From Candidatus Kaiserbacteria bacterium (lineage in GTDB: Bacteria > Patescibacteriota > Minisyncoccia > Phycocordibacterales > UBA2100): a stretch of 64,000 nt of DNA. The DNA lies in assembly GCA_016214605.1 (NCBI GenBank), contig JACROD010000014.1:41074-105073 (forward strand), in the 5' to 3' direction. Positions 37,946 through 47,407 of the stretch are shown piece after piece. The notes beneath the pieces were generated by a model that saw only the letters and a list, made by a program, of their open reading frames with translations, searched no databases and was not told the origin of the DNA. Position 1 is the first letter of the stretch; every line of letters begins with the position of its first letter. Made by a program: the position numbers and the translations under genes.

Positions 37946-38416
37946 TCAGAATCCGATGAATTCGAGGATGCGGTGTGACCACGGCTCAAGCATATGTTTT
38001 TCGGTCGTACGTTCTTGTAGATATGCACGCACAAGCGCGGGATCGATGTGCTCGATCGGGATGATGAGATTAGGTGCAAACCACTTTGTCGTATCGACGA
38101 GCAGTATTGGTCGTCCGCTTGTCTCATCTTCCACCCAGAAGGAGAGTATCTCGTTGTATCGATGGAATATGTGTCCGGTGCGAATGCCGCGATCCGATAT
38201 CTCAAAAGAGACACTTTGCGGAGGAATGCGGGAGAGGAGCAGTGTCGTGAGTGTCGCCAAGATCATGATGATAGCGAAAAGTATATTATGCAAAAGCACG
38301 CTGATCACCACGACCGAGAGGGTGACGATGCCGAGCGCCCAATACCAATCGGCGGCGCGCTCGATGTGTTCGTGTTCGTATGCGGTCCAGCGAAGTACGA
38401 CAGATGTGTCGGTCAT
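37946..38416 (-). CDS. Conserved CPR two-TM protein
   Basis: W.AYEHEH.ER..DWYW, two TM helices, SFWVE. Confidence 0.75.
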   Translation of the reverse strand: MTDTSVVLRWTAYEHEHIERAADWYWALGIVTLSVVVISVLLHNILFAIIMILATLTTLLLSRIPPQSVSFEISDRGIRTGHIFHRYNEILSFWVEDETSGRPILLVDTTKWFAPNLIIPIEHIDPALVRAYLQERTTEKHMLEPWSHRILEFIGF

Positions 38417-38481
38417 AAGTACATATATTGTAACATCGTAATTGCGAGTCTACGCAATAAACCGTGTGGTATAGTGGATGA

Positions 38482-38967
38482 ATGGGTGAGCGATATAAAA
38501 GAACGCCAAACACAAGCTGTCTCGTGTGTCAGGCGCCGATTTATCGGCGCCCCATTGAGCTTCGCAGAAAACAGAGAGTATTTTGCGGTTCGCGCTGCTA
38601 CGGACTTGCCTCAAGGAAGGAGACGCCGTGTGTTGTTTGTGGTGTTTTGATCCTCGCTCATAAGCGCGCCAAGACTTGCAGTAGAGTCTGCGCCAATACT
38701 CATAGGGCAGGTATTAAATATAAACTAAGTTTACCGAGAAAAGATAAAGTAAAAGACCAGAGAGCCTTGAAATTACGACTCATGGATCAGCGCGGGACAA
38801 AATGTGAGCGATGTGGTTACTCAAAGAAAGAGATCCTGCACGTGCATCATCGAGACCGAAACAGAAACAACAATGACCTGAGCAATCTTGCACTTATCTG
38901 CCCAAACTGCCATTATGAAGAGCATTATTTAGAAAATAGCTGGCTTAGTGGTAAGGTGGGGTTCTAG
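38482..38967 (+). CDS. HNH endonuclease with N-terminal zinc-finger repeats
   Basis: CERCG...LHVHHRDRNRNNNDLSNLALICPNCH; CxxC / FCxxxC repeats. Confidence 0.92.
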   Translation: MGERYKRTPNTSCLVCQAPIYRRPIELRRKQRVFCGSRCYGLASRKETPCVVCGVLILAHKRAKTCSRVCANTHRAGIKYKLSLPRKDKVKDQRALKLRLMDQRGTKCERCGYSKKEILHVHHRDRNRNNNDLSNLALICPNCHYEEHYLENSWLSGKVGF

Positions 38968-38969
38968 AA

Positions 38970-39054
38970 GGAGGGGTCGGATAGTGGTTCATTCCAGCGC
39001 ACTTGAAATGCGCCATACCGCAAGGTATCGTGGGTTCGAATCCCACCCCCTCCG
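38970..39054 (+). tRNA. tRNA-Ser(UGA)
   Basis: GCGCA-CTTGAAA-TGCGC, long variable arm, GGTTCGAATCC. Confidence 0.95.
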
Positions 39055-39073
39055 CAGAAAGGATTAGGAAGGT

Positions 39074-39553
39074 CTATTTTACTCGCGTGAGCCAAGTCCC
39101 GCAGATCAAAAGCAGTGTGGTGCAGAGGGCCGACAGTGCGCAGTACAGACAGATCGCGCCGATCAAGAATGCTTGGATCGACATAAACATGACCGACATG
39201 AGAAAGCCGACCAGTGTGAGCGCAAAGAGTGCGAGGATTTGTGTGCGCGAGACCGCGGCTTCAGTGTAGAGGTAGAGTGCGAAGAACATCACGACGAGAT
39301 AATACAGGACGCCAAAAAAAGCGAGCGGTATCGGCCCCACCATCGCATAGGGAGACGTGAGCACTGCTTCACAGCCATGGGTGATCGAGCAGGGGAGCGG
39401 GAGCTTGAAGTAGTGATCGGCGAGAAGGTACGCAGAATCGACGAAGCCGACGAAGCTCACGCCGGTGATCGCCGTGAGCAGCCTCAGGAGCGTTTTATTG
39501 CGCGCTGGTGCTTGAGGCGAGAGCGGCGTCGATGAGGGATTTGAATTCGTCAT
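39074..39553 (-). CDS. Vitamin K epoxide reductase (VKOR) family protein
   Basis: C....GCEAVLTSPY, CLYC. Confidence 0.92.
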   Translation of the reverse strand: MTNSNPSSTPLSPQAPARNKTLLRLLTAITGVSFVGFVDSAYLLADHYFKLPLPCSITHGCEAVLTSPYAMVGPIPLAFFGVLYYLVVMFFALYLYTEAAVSRTQILALFALTLVGFLMSVMFMSIQAFLIGAICLYCALSALCTTLLLICGTWLTRVK

Positions 39554-40184
39554 ATCCTTTGGGGTTTTGGATCTGTGTGAGGTTGATAAAGAATGTCGGC
39601 GTGTGATCGACCTGTGCGGCGTTGGCCCCGGTCACGTCTTTTTGGATCTTGGCCTTTACAGTGTCCGACTTGAGGTCCGCATCGAATTTCTTTACATCCA
39701 AGCCGAGCGATGCTGCGTATTTGTCGAAGTACTCGGCGACCACCGAGCCGGTGGATACCTCGCTCCATTCGGCTTGTTTCTGGTACAAGAGATCGTGCAT
39801 CTCCCAATACTTGCTCTGCATCCCGGCAGCTTCTGCGGCCATAGATGCGGTCTCGGCATTTTTGTGTACTTGATAGAGGGGAAAGTTGCGGAAAACGAAC
39901 TGTACCCTACCGGCGTATTCGCTTTCGAGTCTCTCGACGATTGGCTCATACGCGCCGCATGCGGGGCACTGGAAGTCGCCGTACTCGATCACTGAGACGG
40001 TGGCTCCGAGGGGGCCTTTGGTATGATCGTCGGCGGTGATCGCAGAGGTCTGCGTGCCGGTAAATGGCCTGGCTTGCTGGGCGCTTTTGCCCGATGAGGC
40101 GACGCCTGCAAAGATCATAAGGGCGACAATAATAACCACAAAACCCGCACCGATAAATAATTCCTTGCGTCGAGAAGTGTCCAT
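39495..40184 (-). CDS. DsbA-family thioredoxin
   Basis: EYGDFQCPAC, FRNFPL, TPTFFIN. Confidence 0.93.
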   Translation of the reverse strand: MDTSRRKELFIGAGFVVIIVALMIFAGVASSGKSAQQARPFTGTQTSAITADDHTKGPLGATVSVIEYGDFQCPACGAYEPIVERLESEYAGRVQFVFRNFPLYQVHKNAETASMAAEAAGMQSKYWEMHDLLYQKQAEWSEVSTGSVVAEYFDKYAASLGLDVKKFDADLKSDTVKAKIQKDVTGANAAQVDHTPTFFINLTQIQNPKGYDEFKSLIDAALASSTSAQ

Positions 40185-40293
40185 GGGGACCATCATACTG
40201 CCGACAGTAGGGATTTGACAAATATTTTGCTTGTGATATTACTTCGATAGTCACGCGGTTTGACAGAAACAGATCTCGATATATTATGGTGTT

Positions 40294-40518
40294 ATGAATA
40301 CGGTCACCCTACCGAAATATGAATATGAGACGCTTGCGTTTCAGGCAAAGGCATATCGCGCCATCGCGAGTGTCATAGCGGGGGCACAGGCGGAGCGGCC
40401 TATTGCGGAAGTGGTGGCGCGCTTCGCCAAGACAAAGAAATACTCAAAAGCCTTCTTGGCTGATCTGGAGGATGGGCTCGCTGATTTGCGAAAATCAAAA
40501 GCATGGAAATCAAAATAG
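40294..40518 (+). CDS. Putative antitoxin
   Basis: 74 aa, VTLPKYEYE, overlaps the downstream RelE-like gene. Confidence 0.6.
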   Translation: MNTVTLPKYEYETLAFQAKAYRAIASVIAGAQAERPIAEVVARFAKTKKYSKAFLADLEDGLADLRKSKAWKSK

Positions 40519-40748
40519 TCACGCCGAAAGTGTCGGCTTATATCCGCACTCACGAACTCGGAGACAAATGGGAAAAAGCGCGCGTCCTCTTTGAGGGGGA
40601 TATCCGTCATCCGTCTTTGCATACGGAGCTCATGGAGCCGAAAGACGAGATGATCTATTCATTTCGTGTAGACAAAAAGTACCGGGCGCTTTTTGTGATA
40701 AAAGATACCATTGCGCTTGTTTTCAGGATCACCAATCATTACCGGTAA
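40503..40748 (+). CDS. RelE/ParE-superfamily toxin
   Basis: HPSLHTE..EP....YSFRVDKKYRALF...ITNHY. Confidence 0.75.
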   Translation: MEIKIVTPKVSAYIRTHELGDKWEKARVLFEGDIRHPSLHTELMEPKDEMIYSFRVDKKYRALFVIKDTIALVFRITNHYR

Positions 40749-40768
40749 ATGTATCTCTGAGTTAGGGT

Positions 40769-41350
40769 ATGTCAGATTTATCGGAAAAAACAGATGAAGA
40801 GATCGCTTTGCGCGTGCAGGCGGGGGAAGAGGACGTTTATGGCGACCTCATCAGCCGCTATGAGGCCAAGCTCATGCGCTATGCGCGCAAATTCCTTTCC
40901 GACAAGGAGGATGCGACCGATATTGTACAGGATATTTTCATTAAGGCGTACGAAAATATCCAAAGCTTCGATGCGACGCGGCGGTTTTCCCCGTGGATCT
41001 ATCGCATCGCACACAACGAATTCGTGAACGCCCTGAAAAAGAAAGCGACGCGCCGCATCGTCTTTACGATCGACATGGACACGCTCTTTCCGCACCTTGC
41101 CTCGACCGAGACGGCCGACAGTGCGGCCCTGGAGCGGGACATGCGCGAGACTCTGGAAAAACACCTCAAACAGGTCTCAGTGAAATATAGGGAGCCGCTG
41201 GTCTTGTATTACCTAGAGAGCTTGGATTATAAGGAAATATCCGAGATCCTCCAGATCCCTGTCTCGACCGTCGGCGTGCGTCTGGCTCGCGGGCGGGCAA
41301 GTCTGCAAAAGATCGCGGCAGCACAGCCGGACAAACCACTCTATGAATAA
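40769..41350 (+). CDS. ECF RNA polymerase sigma factor
   Basis: DIVQDIFIKAY, FSPWIYRIAHN, YKEISEILQIPVSTVGVRLARG. Confidence 0.93.
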   Translation: MSDLSEKTDEEIALRVQAGEEDVYGDLISRYEAKLMRYARKFLSDKEDATDIVQDIFIKAYENIQSFDATRRFSPWIYRIAHNEFVNALKKKATRRIVFTIDMDTLFPHLASTETADSAALERDMRETLEKHLKQVSVKYREPLVLYYLESLDYKEISEILQIPVSTVGVRLARGRASLQKIAAAQPDKPLYE

Positions 41351-42305
41351 TACCCACACGCCACACACCCCAGATCCGGTACGCGATCGTGTCATGAGTA
41401 CGATCAAAATGGGCGAAGCCCGAATGAGGCCGCGCTGGCATTTTGTCCTGATATCGTCGATTTTTGCCGTTGTGGCATTTATACTCGTTCTCCTTCTTGT
41501 ATTTGCCATAAGTCTGTCGATATTTCTTCTGCGCGAAAGCGGGGTATGGTTTGCGACGAGTTTTGGCGTGCGTGGATGGTTTGCTCTGGTGAGCTCGATC
41601 CCTATATTCTATATCGTATTTGTCCTCTTTTTCATAGTGCTCCTCGAACTCGTGATACGCAGATACCCCCTGGTATATCGTTGGCCGCTCGCGGGATCGT
41701 TTCTTTTCGTTGCGGGTTTCATCGTACTCGGCGGCGCACTGCTCGCGCAAACCCCCTTACATCAGAGTCTTGCTTCGTATGCGCGGACGCATACATTGCC
41801 AGCTCCGCTTGATCTTCCGTATGGCCCGTCGGCACGCATCGCACTTCCTGCCTCTCTGTACGAGGGAGTCGTCGTCTCGAATAAAGATGGTGTGCTGGTG
41901 ATAGAACGCCAAGATGATGGCTTGACTAACAGCAGTGCGGCCGATCGTGCGACAGGCACCGCGATGGTCGCGACCTCGACACGGAAGTCTGCGGCGGATA
42001 ATTATGTAGATAAAGGTACGTCAGATACTGGTACGACGGTTCGCGCGGCACTTGACACCGTGATCCCTCAAAAGAAAGAAAGTGACACCGATCAAATGGA
42101 TAAGAAGCAGGGCGAAGATAAGCGGGAAGACGCACACGGAGAAGATCAGGGTCGCGGCAAGAAGCAGACGAGGGTCGTGGTTGATCCGCGAACGCGTTTG
42201 CCACAAGGAAAAAGCTTTAAAATCGGAACGAGGATTTTGGTCGAGGGGGATCGGGTTGGCACGGATACTGTAAAAGCTTTCGGTGTGCGCGACATCGATG
42301 ACTGA
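41343..42305 (+). CDS. Multi-TM protein, putative anti-sigma factor
   Basis: Overlaps the ECF gene; MRPRWHF, three TM helices, C-terminal OB-like domain. Confidence 0.6.
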   Translation: MNNTHTPHTPDPVRDRVMSTIKMGEARMRPRWHFVLISSIFAVVAFILVLLLVFAISLSIFLLRESGVWFATSFGVRGWFALVSSIPIFYIVFVLFFIVLLELVIRRYPLVYRWPLAGSFLFVAGFIVLGGALLAQTPLHQSLASYARTHTLPAPLDLPYGPSARIALPASLYEGVVVSNKDGVLVIERQDDGLTNSSAADRATGTAMVATSTRKSAADNYVDKGTSDTGTTVRAALDTVIPQKKESDTDQMDKKQGEDKREDAHGEDQGRGKKQTRVVVDPRTRLPQGKSFKIGTRILVEGDRVGTDTVKAFGVRDIDD

Positions 42306-42365
42306 TCCGGAATGCCTGCGTACAGGTGCAAGTGAAATATATCCGAGCGAGAAGTGTATAATAGT

Positions 42366-42408
42366 ATGACAAACTCGCTTCCGACCCCGAAGCGAGTTTG
42401 TCATTTTT
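42366..42408 (+). terminator. Hairpin / intrinsic terminator
   Basis: Perfect 16-bp stem ATGACAAACTCGCTTC / GAAGCGAGTTTGTCAT followed by a T run. Confidence 0.65.
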
Positions 42409-42425
42409 AGTTTATACTTTCTCTC

Positions 42426-42839
42426 ATGAAGTATCTCGGGATTGATTATGGCGCGCGCAATATCGGTATTGCCATTTCCGACGCGGAGGGAATGCTCGCA
42501 TTTCCGCACCGCATCGTCCCCAACGATAAGAAGGCGCTCGCATACATCGTCGACCTCATAACAAAAGAGCAGATCGGGCGGATCATTATGGGTAACACGC
42601 GCGCCGACAATGGCGCCACTAATACGGTAACACCCGAGGCGGAACGGTTTGCGGATACGCTCTCGCGCAAGACCGACCTGCCGGTCGATCTTGCATCGGA
42701 AAGCTGGAGCTCGTACGAAGCAGCGCGTTATGCGCCGGGGGATACTCATGATGACTCTGTAGCAGCAGCGGTCATTCTGCAGCGGTTTATCGATATGAAT
42801 GCGCAAGATACCGAAATATCTCTGGATGAGTTAGAATAA
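42426..42839 (+). CDS. ruvX: Pre-16S rRNA nuclease YqgF/RuvX
   Basis: YLGIDYG...IGIAISD, ESWSS, DSVAAAVILQ. Confidence 0.92.
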   Translation: MKYLGIDYGARNIGIAISDAEGMLAFPHRIVPNDKKALAYIVDLITKEQIGRIIMGNTRADNGATNTVTPEAERFADTLSRKTDLPVDLASESWSSYEAARYAPGDTHDDSVAAAVILQRFIDMNAQDTEISLDELE

Positions 42840-42844
42840 CGGCC

Positions 42845-43216
42845 ATGGAAGACATTACCTCGTCACAAGAACATAATCATGCGACTAACGCGATGATCTC
42901 ATACGAAGATTTTGCGAAACTCGATATCAGGATCGGTACGATCAAGGCTGTCGAGCGCGTGCCCGACACCGACAAACTGCTCAAGTGCACGATCGATTTT
43001 GGCGAGCTGGGGGAGCGGACGATCGTCTCGGGTATTGCAGAGTGGAAGACGCCTGAAGATATGGTCGGAAAACAGTGTCCGTATATCGTGAATCTCGCCC
43101 CGCGCATACTGCGCGGAGTAGAGAGTAGCGGCATGCTGCTCGCTCTTTCCGATGACGCGGGAATCGCTTTCTTGCATCCAGAGCGAGAGGTTTCTCCGGG
43201 GACACCGTTGAGCTGA
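42845..43216 (+). CDS. tRNA-binding OB-fold protein (MetG C-terminal/CsaA-like)
   Basis: DFAKLDIRIG, RTIVSGIA, NLAPR..RGVESSGMLL. Confidence 0.9.
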   Translation: MEDITSSQEHNHATNAMISYEDFAKLDIRIGTIKAVERVPDTDKLLKCTIDFGELGERTIVSGIAEWKTPEDMVGKQCPYIVNLAPRILRGVESSGMLLALSDDAGIAFLHPEREVSPGTPLS

Positions 43217-43271
43217 TATATACACATAAAGGGGCCCGTCCGCATCTTCTTACGGGGTATACTGATAGAGT

Positions 43272-44399
43272 ATGAAGCTCTCCGATACGGCGGTGCCGCC
43301 AAAAAAGAAACATCCATTCGCTTCGATGATCGAGCGCGCCTTTCCACCGCCGGCCTCGCTTGACATGCAAGCGGTCGGGGTCGATATCTCGGACGCATCT
43401 ATACGTTGGGTTGTCCTTGAAGGAGAGCGTAGACATGCACGCGTAAGGCATTTTGGCGAACTTCCTCTCGATCCCGGGATCGTCGAGCAGGGGATGGTGC
43501 GCGATGTGCCTGCTTTGGCAAAGATCTTGCGAGAAATAAAAGGCCGACTCGGAGGTGTCGCGGCCGCGCATGCGGCACTTCCCGAGGAGAATGCCTATGT
43601 CTTTAGTATGCATGTGCCCGAAAAGCAGTCACGCGAAGAGGTGTTGCGGATGATCGAGTTTGAGTTTGCCGATCGTGTGCCAATCCTGCCCGCGTCCGCC
43701 GTTTATGATTTTGATGTGGTTACGGAACATGATGGTGACGAAGGGAGCGAGATTGCGATCTCGGTCTTTCCAAAAGAGGCTGCTGAAAAGTACGTTGCGG
43801 CCTTTTCCCAAGCGGGATTCGTGCTGCTTTCTCTTGAAGTCGAGGCGTGTTCGATCGCACGAGTGATCACGACGGATACTAAAGACGATTTCGTGACGTT
43901 GCTCGTGGACTTTGGGCGTACACGTACGGGTTTTGCGGTATTAAAACATGGGGTTCCCATATTTACGTCTACGGTAGAGATCGGAGGAGAAGGGGCGACT
44001 CAGGCGCTTGCAAAAGAACTCGGACTTTCTGCACAAGAGTTGGAGAAGTTTAAAGACGAAGAGGGTTTGCGCGCTAAGCCCGGTAGTCTCGGTCTTCAGG
44101 CCCTCTCGGGGACAGCCTCTGCTTTTGCCGATGAGGTCGCAAGACACTATCATTATTGGGATACTCGCCGCGACAAACAGACCGACCGCGCTACTCACGT
44201 GAGCCGTGTCGTCTTGGTGGGTGGCGGCGCCAATCTAAAAGGTCTCACTGACTACATTGCACGTCGTGTCCATGCGCGGACCGACCGCGGTGAGATATGG
44301 GGTAATGTGTGTCAATTCGAAGAATACATCCCGCCGATCGACTATCGCACCGCCCTGCAGTATGCGACTGCCGTCGGGCTTGCTCTTCGCGCCATTTGA
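43272..44399 (+). CDS. pilM: Type IV pilus assembly protein PilM
   Basis: GVDISDASIR, VDFGRTRT, LVGGGANLKGL, YATAVGLALR. Confidence 0.9.
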   Translation: MKLSDTAVPPKKKHPFASMIERAFPPPASLDMQAVGVDISDASIRWVVLEGERRHARVRHFGELPLDPGIVEQGMVRDVPALAKILREIKGRLGGVAAAHAALPEENAYVFSMHVPEKQSREEVLRMIEFEFADRVPILPASAVYDFDVVTEHDGDEGSEIAISVFPKEAAEKYVAAFSQAGFVLLSLEVEACSIARVITTDTKDDFVTLLVDFGRTRTGFAVLKHGVPIFTSTVEIGGEGATQALAKELGLSAQELEKFKDEEGLRAKPGSLGLQALSGTASAFADEVARHYHYWDTRRDKQTDRATHVSRVVLVGGGANLKGLTDYIARRVHARTDRGEIWGNVCQFEEYIPPIDYRTALQYATAVGLALRAI

Positions 44400-44404
44400 T
44401 TATT

Positions 44405-44929
44405 ATGTCTAATCTTCTTCCAATACCAGCAATGCGAGAAATCGCACGCGCGCGCCGAGCGCATTTTCTGCTCGCGGCGTCGTTGTTCCTTTTAGGGGCG
44501 GGTATCGTGGCCGGGGTCATGCTCTTGCCGAGTTATTTGATCGTAGATAGATATCAATCTTCTCTTGAGGAAAGGATTGCGATATTGAGTGCGCCTGCAG
44601 CCGACAGTGCCGACAAAGAACTCATCAAACATATTCAGGAGCGGGTCGATCAGCTCAGGCCATTGATCGCTGCCACCTCCTCTCCGAGCGAGGCGATTGC
44701 GGCGGCACTCGCGTTGCGCCCCGCGGGGATCTCCATCGATCATATTAATTACACCATTGGCAAGACTGGCACTCTGCTGCTTTCGGGTTCTTCAGGTGCG
44801 GGAGATCAGGTAAGTCTGTATCAGCACGCCCTTGCCTCAAGCGACGACTTCGCGGGTGTATCGGTACCGGTGGGAGCACTCGCAGGAGTGGGTGACGGGC
44901 GTTTCAATATCACGATCGTCACAAAATAA
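44405..44929 (+). CDS. PilN-like protein
   Basis: N-terminal NLLP motif + TM helix, follows pilM. Confidence 0.75.
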   Translation: MSNLLPIPAMREIARARRAHFLLAASLFLLGAGIVAGVMLLPSYLIVDRYQSSLEERIAILSAPAADSADKELIKHIQERVDQLRPLIAATSSPSEAIAAALALRPAGISIDHINYTIGKTGTLLLSGSSGAGDQVSLYQHALASSDDFAGVSVPVGALAGVGDGRFNITIVTK

Positions 44930-44930
44930 T

Positions 44931-45488
44931 ATGAGCAAATCTACTTCGACATATGTTGCTTATGGAGCGTTTGTGGCGACGGTGTGCGTGTGGGCCGGAG
45001 TAGGATTCTTTGTGAATCATATCCAAGACAAGCGCATCGCCTATACTGCTCGAATGGCGGAAGCCGCACAGCAAGCCAATGTCGCGGCCGACGCGGCAAA
45101 GCTACGCATCCTTGCGAATAATAATAGCGAGCGCGCCGCGAAGCTCGATACGATCATGTCGTCCGACGTCCCGATGATCGTCGAAATGATCAAGTCAGTC
45201 GGTACGGTGGCTGGAGTGCCGGTGAAGATCAGTGGTGCCTTGCCGACCTCGGTACCCAAAAATCAAAAAGGCGTACAAGCGGTCGCTTTCATACTTGAAA
45301 GCACTGGCAGCTTCAGTGCGATGATGCGCGTGCTCGCTCTCTTTGAATCGCTCCCCCTCCCGTCGTCGATAGAGATCGTTGATTTGTCGCGGGAGGGTCA
45401 GGGGGCTGGGGTATCCTCGCACGTGTCTCAGTCGTGGCATTTAAACCTCAAGCTACGTGTCATCACGACCGCGACCGTGTCATCATAA
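44931..45488 (+). CDS. PilO-like protein
   Basis: TM + coiled coil, GSFSAMMRVLALFESLP. Confidence 0.7.
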   Translation: MSKSTSTYVAYGAFVATVCVWAGVGFFVNHIQDKRIAYTARMAEAAQQANVAADAAKLRILANNNSERAAKLDTIMSSDVPMIVEMIKSVGTVAGVPVKISGALPTSVPKNQKGVQAVAFILESTGSFSAMMRVLALFESLPLPSSIEIVDLSREGQGAGVSSHVSQSWHLNLKLRVITTATVSS

Positions 45489-45496
45489 TACCTACT

Positions 45497-45820
45497 ATGA
45501 ACATCTTTCATCACATCAAACATCTACGCACCTATTCTTCCGAGCCGGAATATGCCCGCACGCTTTTTGTCTGGTACTGGCAGGTGCTCGTAGTGAGCAT
45601 GTTTGGCTTAGTGGTGTGTGTGTTTGTTTATGGGGGATGGCAGCTTTTTACCGTTATGAACGATGCCTCATCCGAACAGTCGAATACAACGATCGGCACA
45701 AAAAGCACTCCCATAAACTCTCTGCAGGTAGACATGGTCCTTCAGGGATTTGCAGAGCGACAGGCTCAGTTTGAAACCTACAAAGCGACCACGACCCGCA
45801 TCATCGACCCGAGTCTATAA
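45497..45820 (+). CDS. Small membrane protein closing the pilMNO operon
   Basis: One TM helix, C-terminal DPS. Confidence 0.6.
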   Translation: MNIFHHIKHLRTYSSEPEYARTLFVWYWQVLVVSMFGLVVCVFVYGGWQLFTVMNDASSEQSNTTIGTKSTPINSLQVDMVLQGFAERQAQFETYKATTTRIIDPSL

Positions 45821-45869
45821 GGTAAGGTCGCGTTGACCGCAGCCCTCGGTGCGCATACGATAGGCAGAC

Positions 45870-45941
45870 GCCCTTGTAGTTCAATGGATAGAACACCGGA
45901 CTTCTAAGCCGGCTATGGAGGTTCGATTCCTCCCGAGGGCA
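45870..45941 (+). tRNA. tRNA-Arg(UCU)
   Basis: Loop CTTCTAA, GGTTCGATTCC; A31-G39 mismatch in anticodon stem. Confidence 0.9.
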
Positions 45942-46086
45942 CTACTTCGCTCCGAAGCTTCGCAACGGAGCTTCGAAGTGCACGGCACTACAAATACCCA
46001 TATTACGTTGTTACCCTACAAGCGAAGTAGCCCTTCGTAGCTCAGTAGAGCGAAGGAGGGCATATTTGTGGCACGTACAACCGTGT

Positions 46087-46116
46087 TTGACAAATAGGTA
46101 TCAAGTATGCTACACT
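46087..46116 (+). promoter_or_regulatory. sigma70-type promoter upstream of the DGR target
   Basis: TTGACA 46087-46092, TGc-TACACT 46108-46116. Confidence 0.65.
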
Positions 46117-46333
46117 ATCCAGTAGTTAGAACCTTGAAACAGAGCCAAGAAAAAGGCCGAACTACATAGGTGTAACCTATGTAGTGAATGTGCCACAGCA
46201 GAAAGCGACTCTCAAGGAGCTACGGCTCCGAGGTGCCGAATTCAGCAGAATTCGGCCAAAACATGGGTACTTTTCTGCTGTGGCAAGCCTTGGATGGTCC
46301 AAGGAACCGGCAGTACAACAAAAGGAGCTGACC

Positions 46334-46906
46334 ATGTCACAGGACATGCTCGGTGGCTCAGGTGAAGACCTCGGCCTCATTATCGACTTCACGCAGAAGT
46401 TGCGTCATGGGGGGAGTGATTTTCGCGAAGCGGCGAAAAAGTTTCTCCGCAAGACACTTGTTACTTTGACGCTCGGCGACGGGCAAACAAAGACGCAGTT
46501 GCTTGCCGCCTACAACTGGGTCAGTGATGTCGCCCGCGCGTTTGTCATGTCGGAGCAGTTCCGCATGGCCTTTGTGCGCGAAGACGCCGACCTCGAGTTC
46601 GTCGAAGGCAGTGATTTCGATCACGATCCGTCCTCGGAAGAAGTACTCACCGAGCTCAAAAGGCGCGGCCTCGAAGAGCCGACCGAGGAAGATGCTCTGC
46701 GTTACGGTGCCACTTGCCCCGAAGGCAAGGACAAGCGCGCAGTGGTCTTCTTGCACAAGGCGAATCTATGGCGTGACCCGGGCGGCCACCTGGGCGTGTT
46801 GGTCTTCGACTGGGGTGGTTCGAAGCGCTACCTGGGCTGCTACCGGTTCGACGACCCGTGGTATCGGCAGCGCTCTCGGTTCGCCGGGCGCCGTCCCCGC
46901 AAGTAG
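46334..46906 (+). CDS. DGR target protein (190 aa, C-terminal variable region, probable CLec-like fold)
   Basis: AAGGAG RBS before ATG 46334; the last ~45 codons are the VR; no signal peptide. Confidence 0.9.
   Translation: MSQDMLGGSGEDLGLIIDFTQKLRHGGSDFREAAKKFLRKTLVTLTLGDGQTKTQLLAAYNWVSDVARAFVMSEQFRMAFVREDADLEFVEGSDFDHDPSSEEVLTELKRRGLEEPTEEDALRYGATCPEGKDKRAVVFLHKANLWRDPGGHLGVLVFDWGGSKRYLGCYRFDDPWYRQRSRFAGRRPRK
46769..46902 (+). repeat. DGR variable region (VR)
   Basis: 134 bp, colinear with TR, 16 mismatches. Confidence 0.96.
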
Positions 46907-46954
46907 CGCTTGGCCCTCGCACCTGTGCACTTGCACTCGGGCTTTTGCTCTTTG

Positions 46955-46980
46955 TCCTCGCGTCAGAAATGATGCGAGGG
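46955..46980 (+). promoter_or_regulatory. Hairpin downstream of VR (DGR target-recognition hairpin and/or terminator)
   Basis: CCTCGCGTCA-GAAA-TGATGCGAGG then CTTTTGTTT. Confidence 0.65.
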
Positions 46981-47243
46981 CTTTTGTTTGGTATAGTGAG
47001 AACGGTAGTAGGCGAATCTGCCGCAGATCACGGTTTGTGGCGGCTGAATCCAGTATCCTTCAGTCCGGAGCCGCAGAGATTACGGTCGATGCGGGAGCGA
47101 CTGTCGATATTCAAAAAACGAAGATACTTGGCGTGCGATGTCAGGGCATTACGATGCCGAATACGATACAGCCCGGAGAGTATTCGATGGGTGGTGGTAT
47201 CCGAGAATATCGGATGACAGGCATGGACGCCATTGCACGCAAA

Positions 47244-47377
47244 TGGCGTGACCCGAACGGCAACCTGAACGTGTTGGTCTTCGACTGGGATGGTTCGAAG
47301 CGCAACCTGAACTACAACCGGTTCGACAACCCGTGGAATCGGCAGAACTATCGGTTCGCCGGGCGCCGTCCCCGCAA
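47244..47377 (+). repeat. DGR template region (TR)
   Basis: Nine AAC/AAT codons in the target frame; every VR difference is at a TR adenine. Confidence 0.96.
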
Positions 47378-47407
47378 CTCTCTTCATTTCCCGACATATT
47401 CTCAAAC

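Noticed and set aside
46030-46061. Additional tRNA gene (GTAGCTCAGTAGAGC)
   Set aside because: Only a D-arm-like fragment; no anticodon or T arm.
46184-46333. N-terminal extension of the DGR target from GTG 46184
   Set aside because: A strong AAGGAG RBS precedes ATG 46334; the extension looks like 5' leader.
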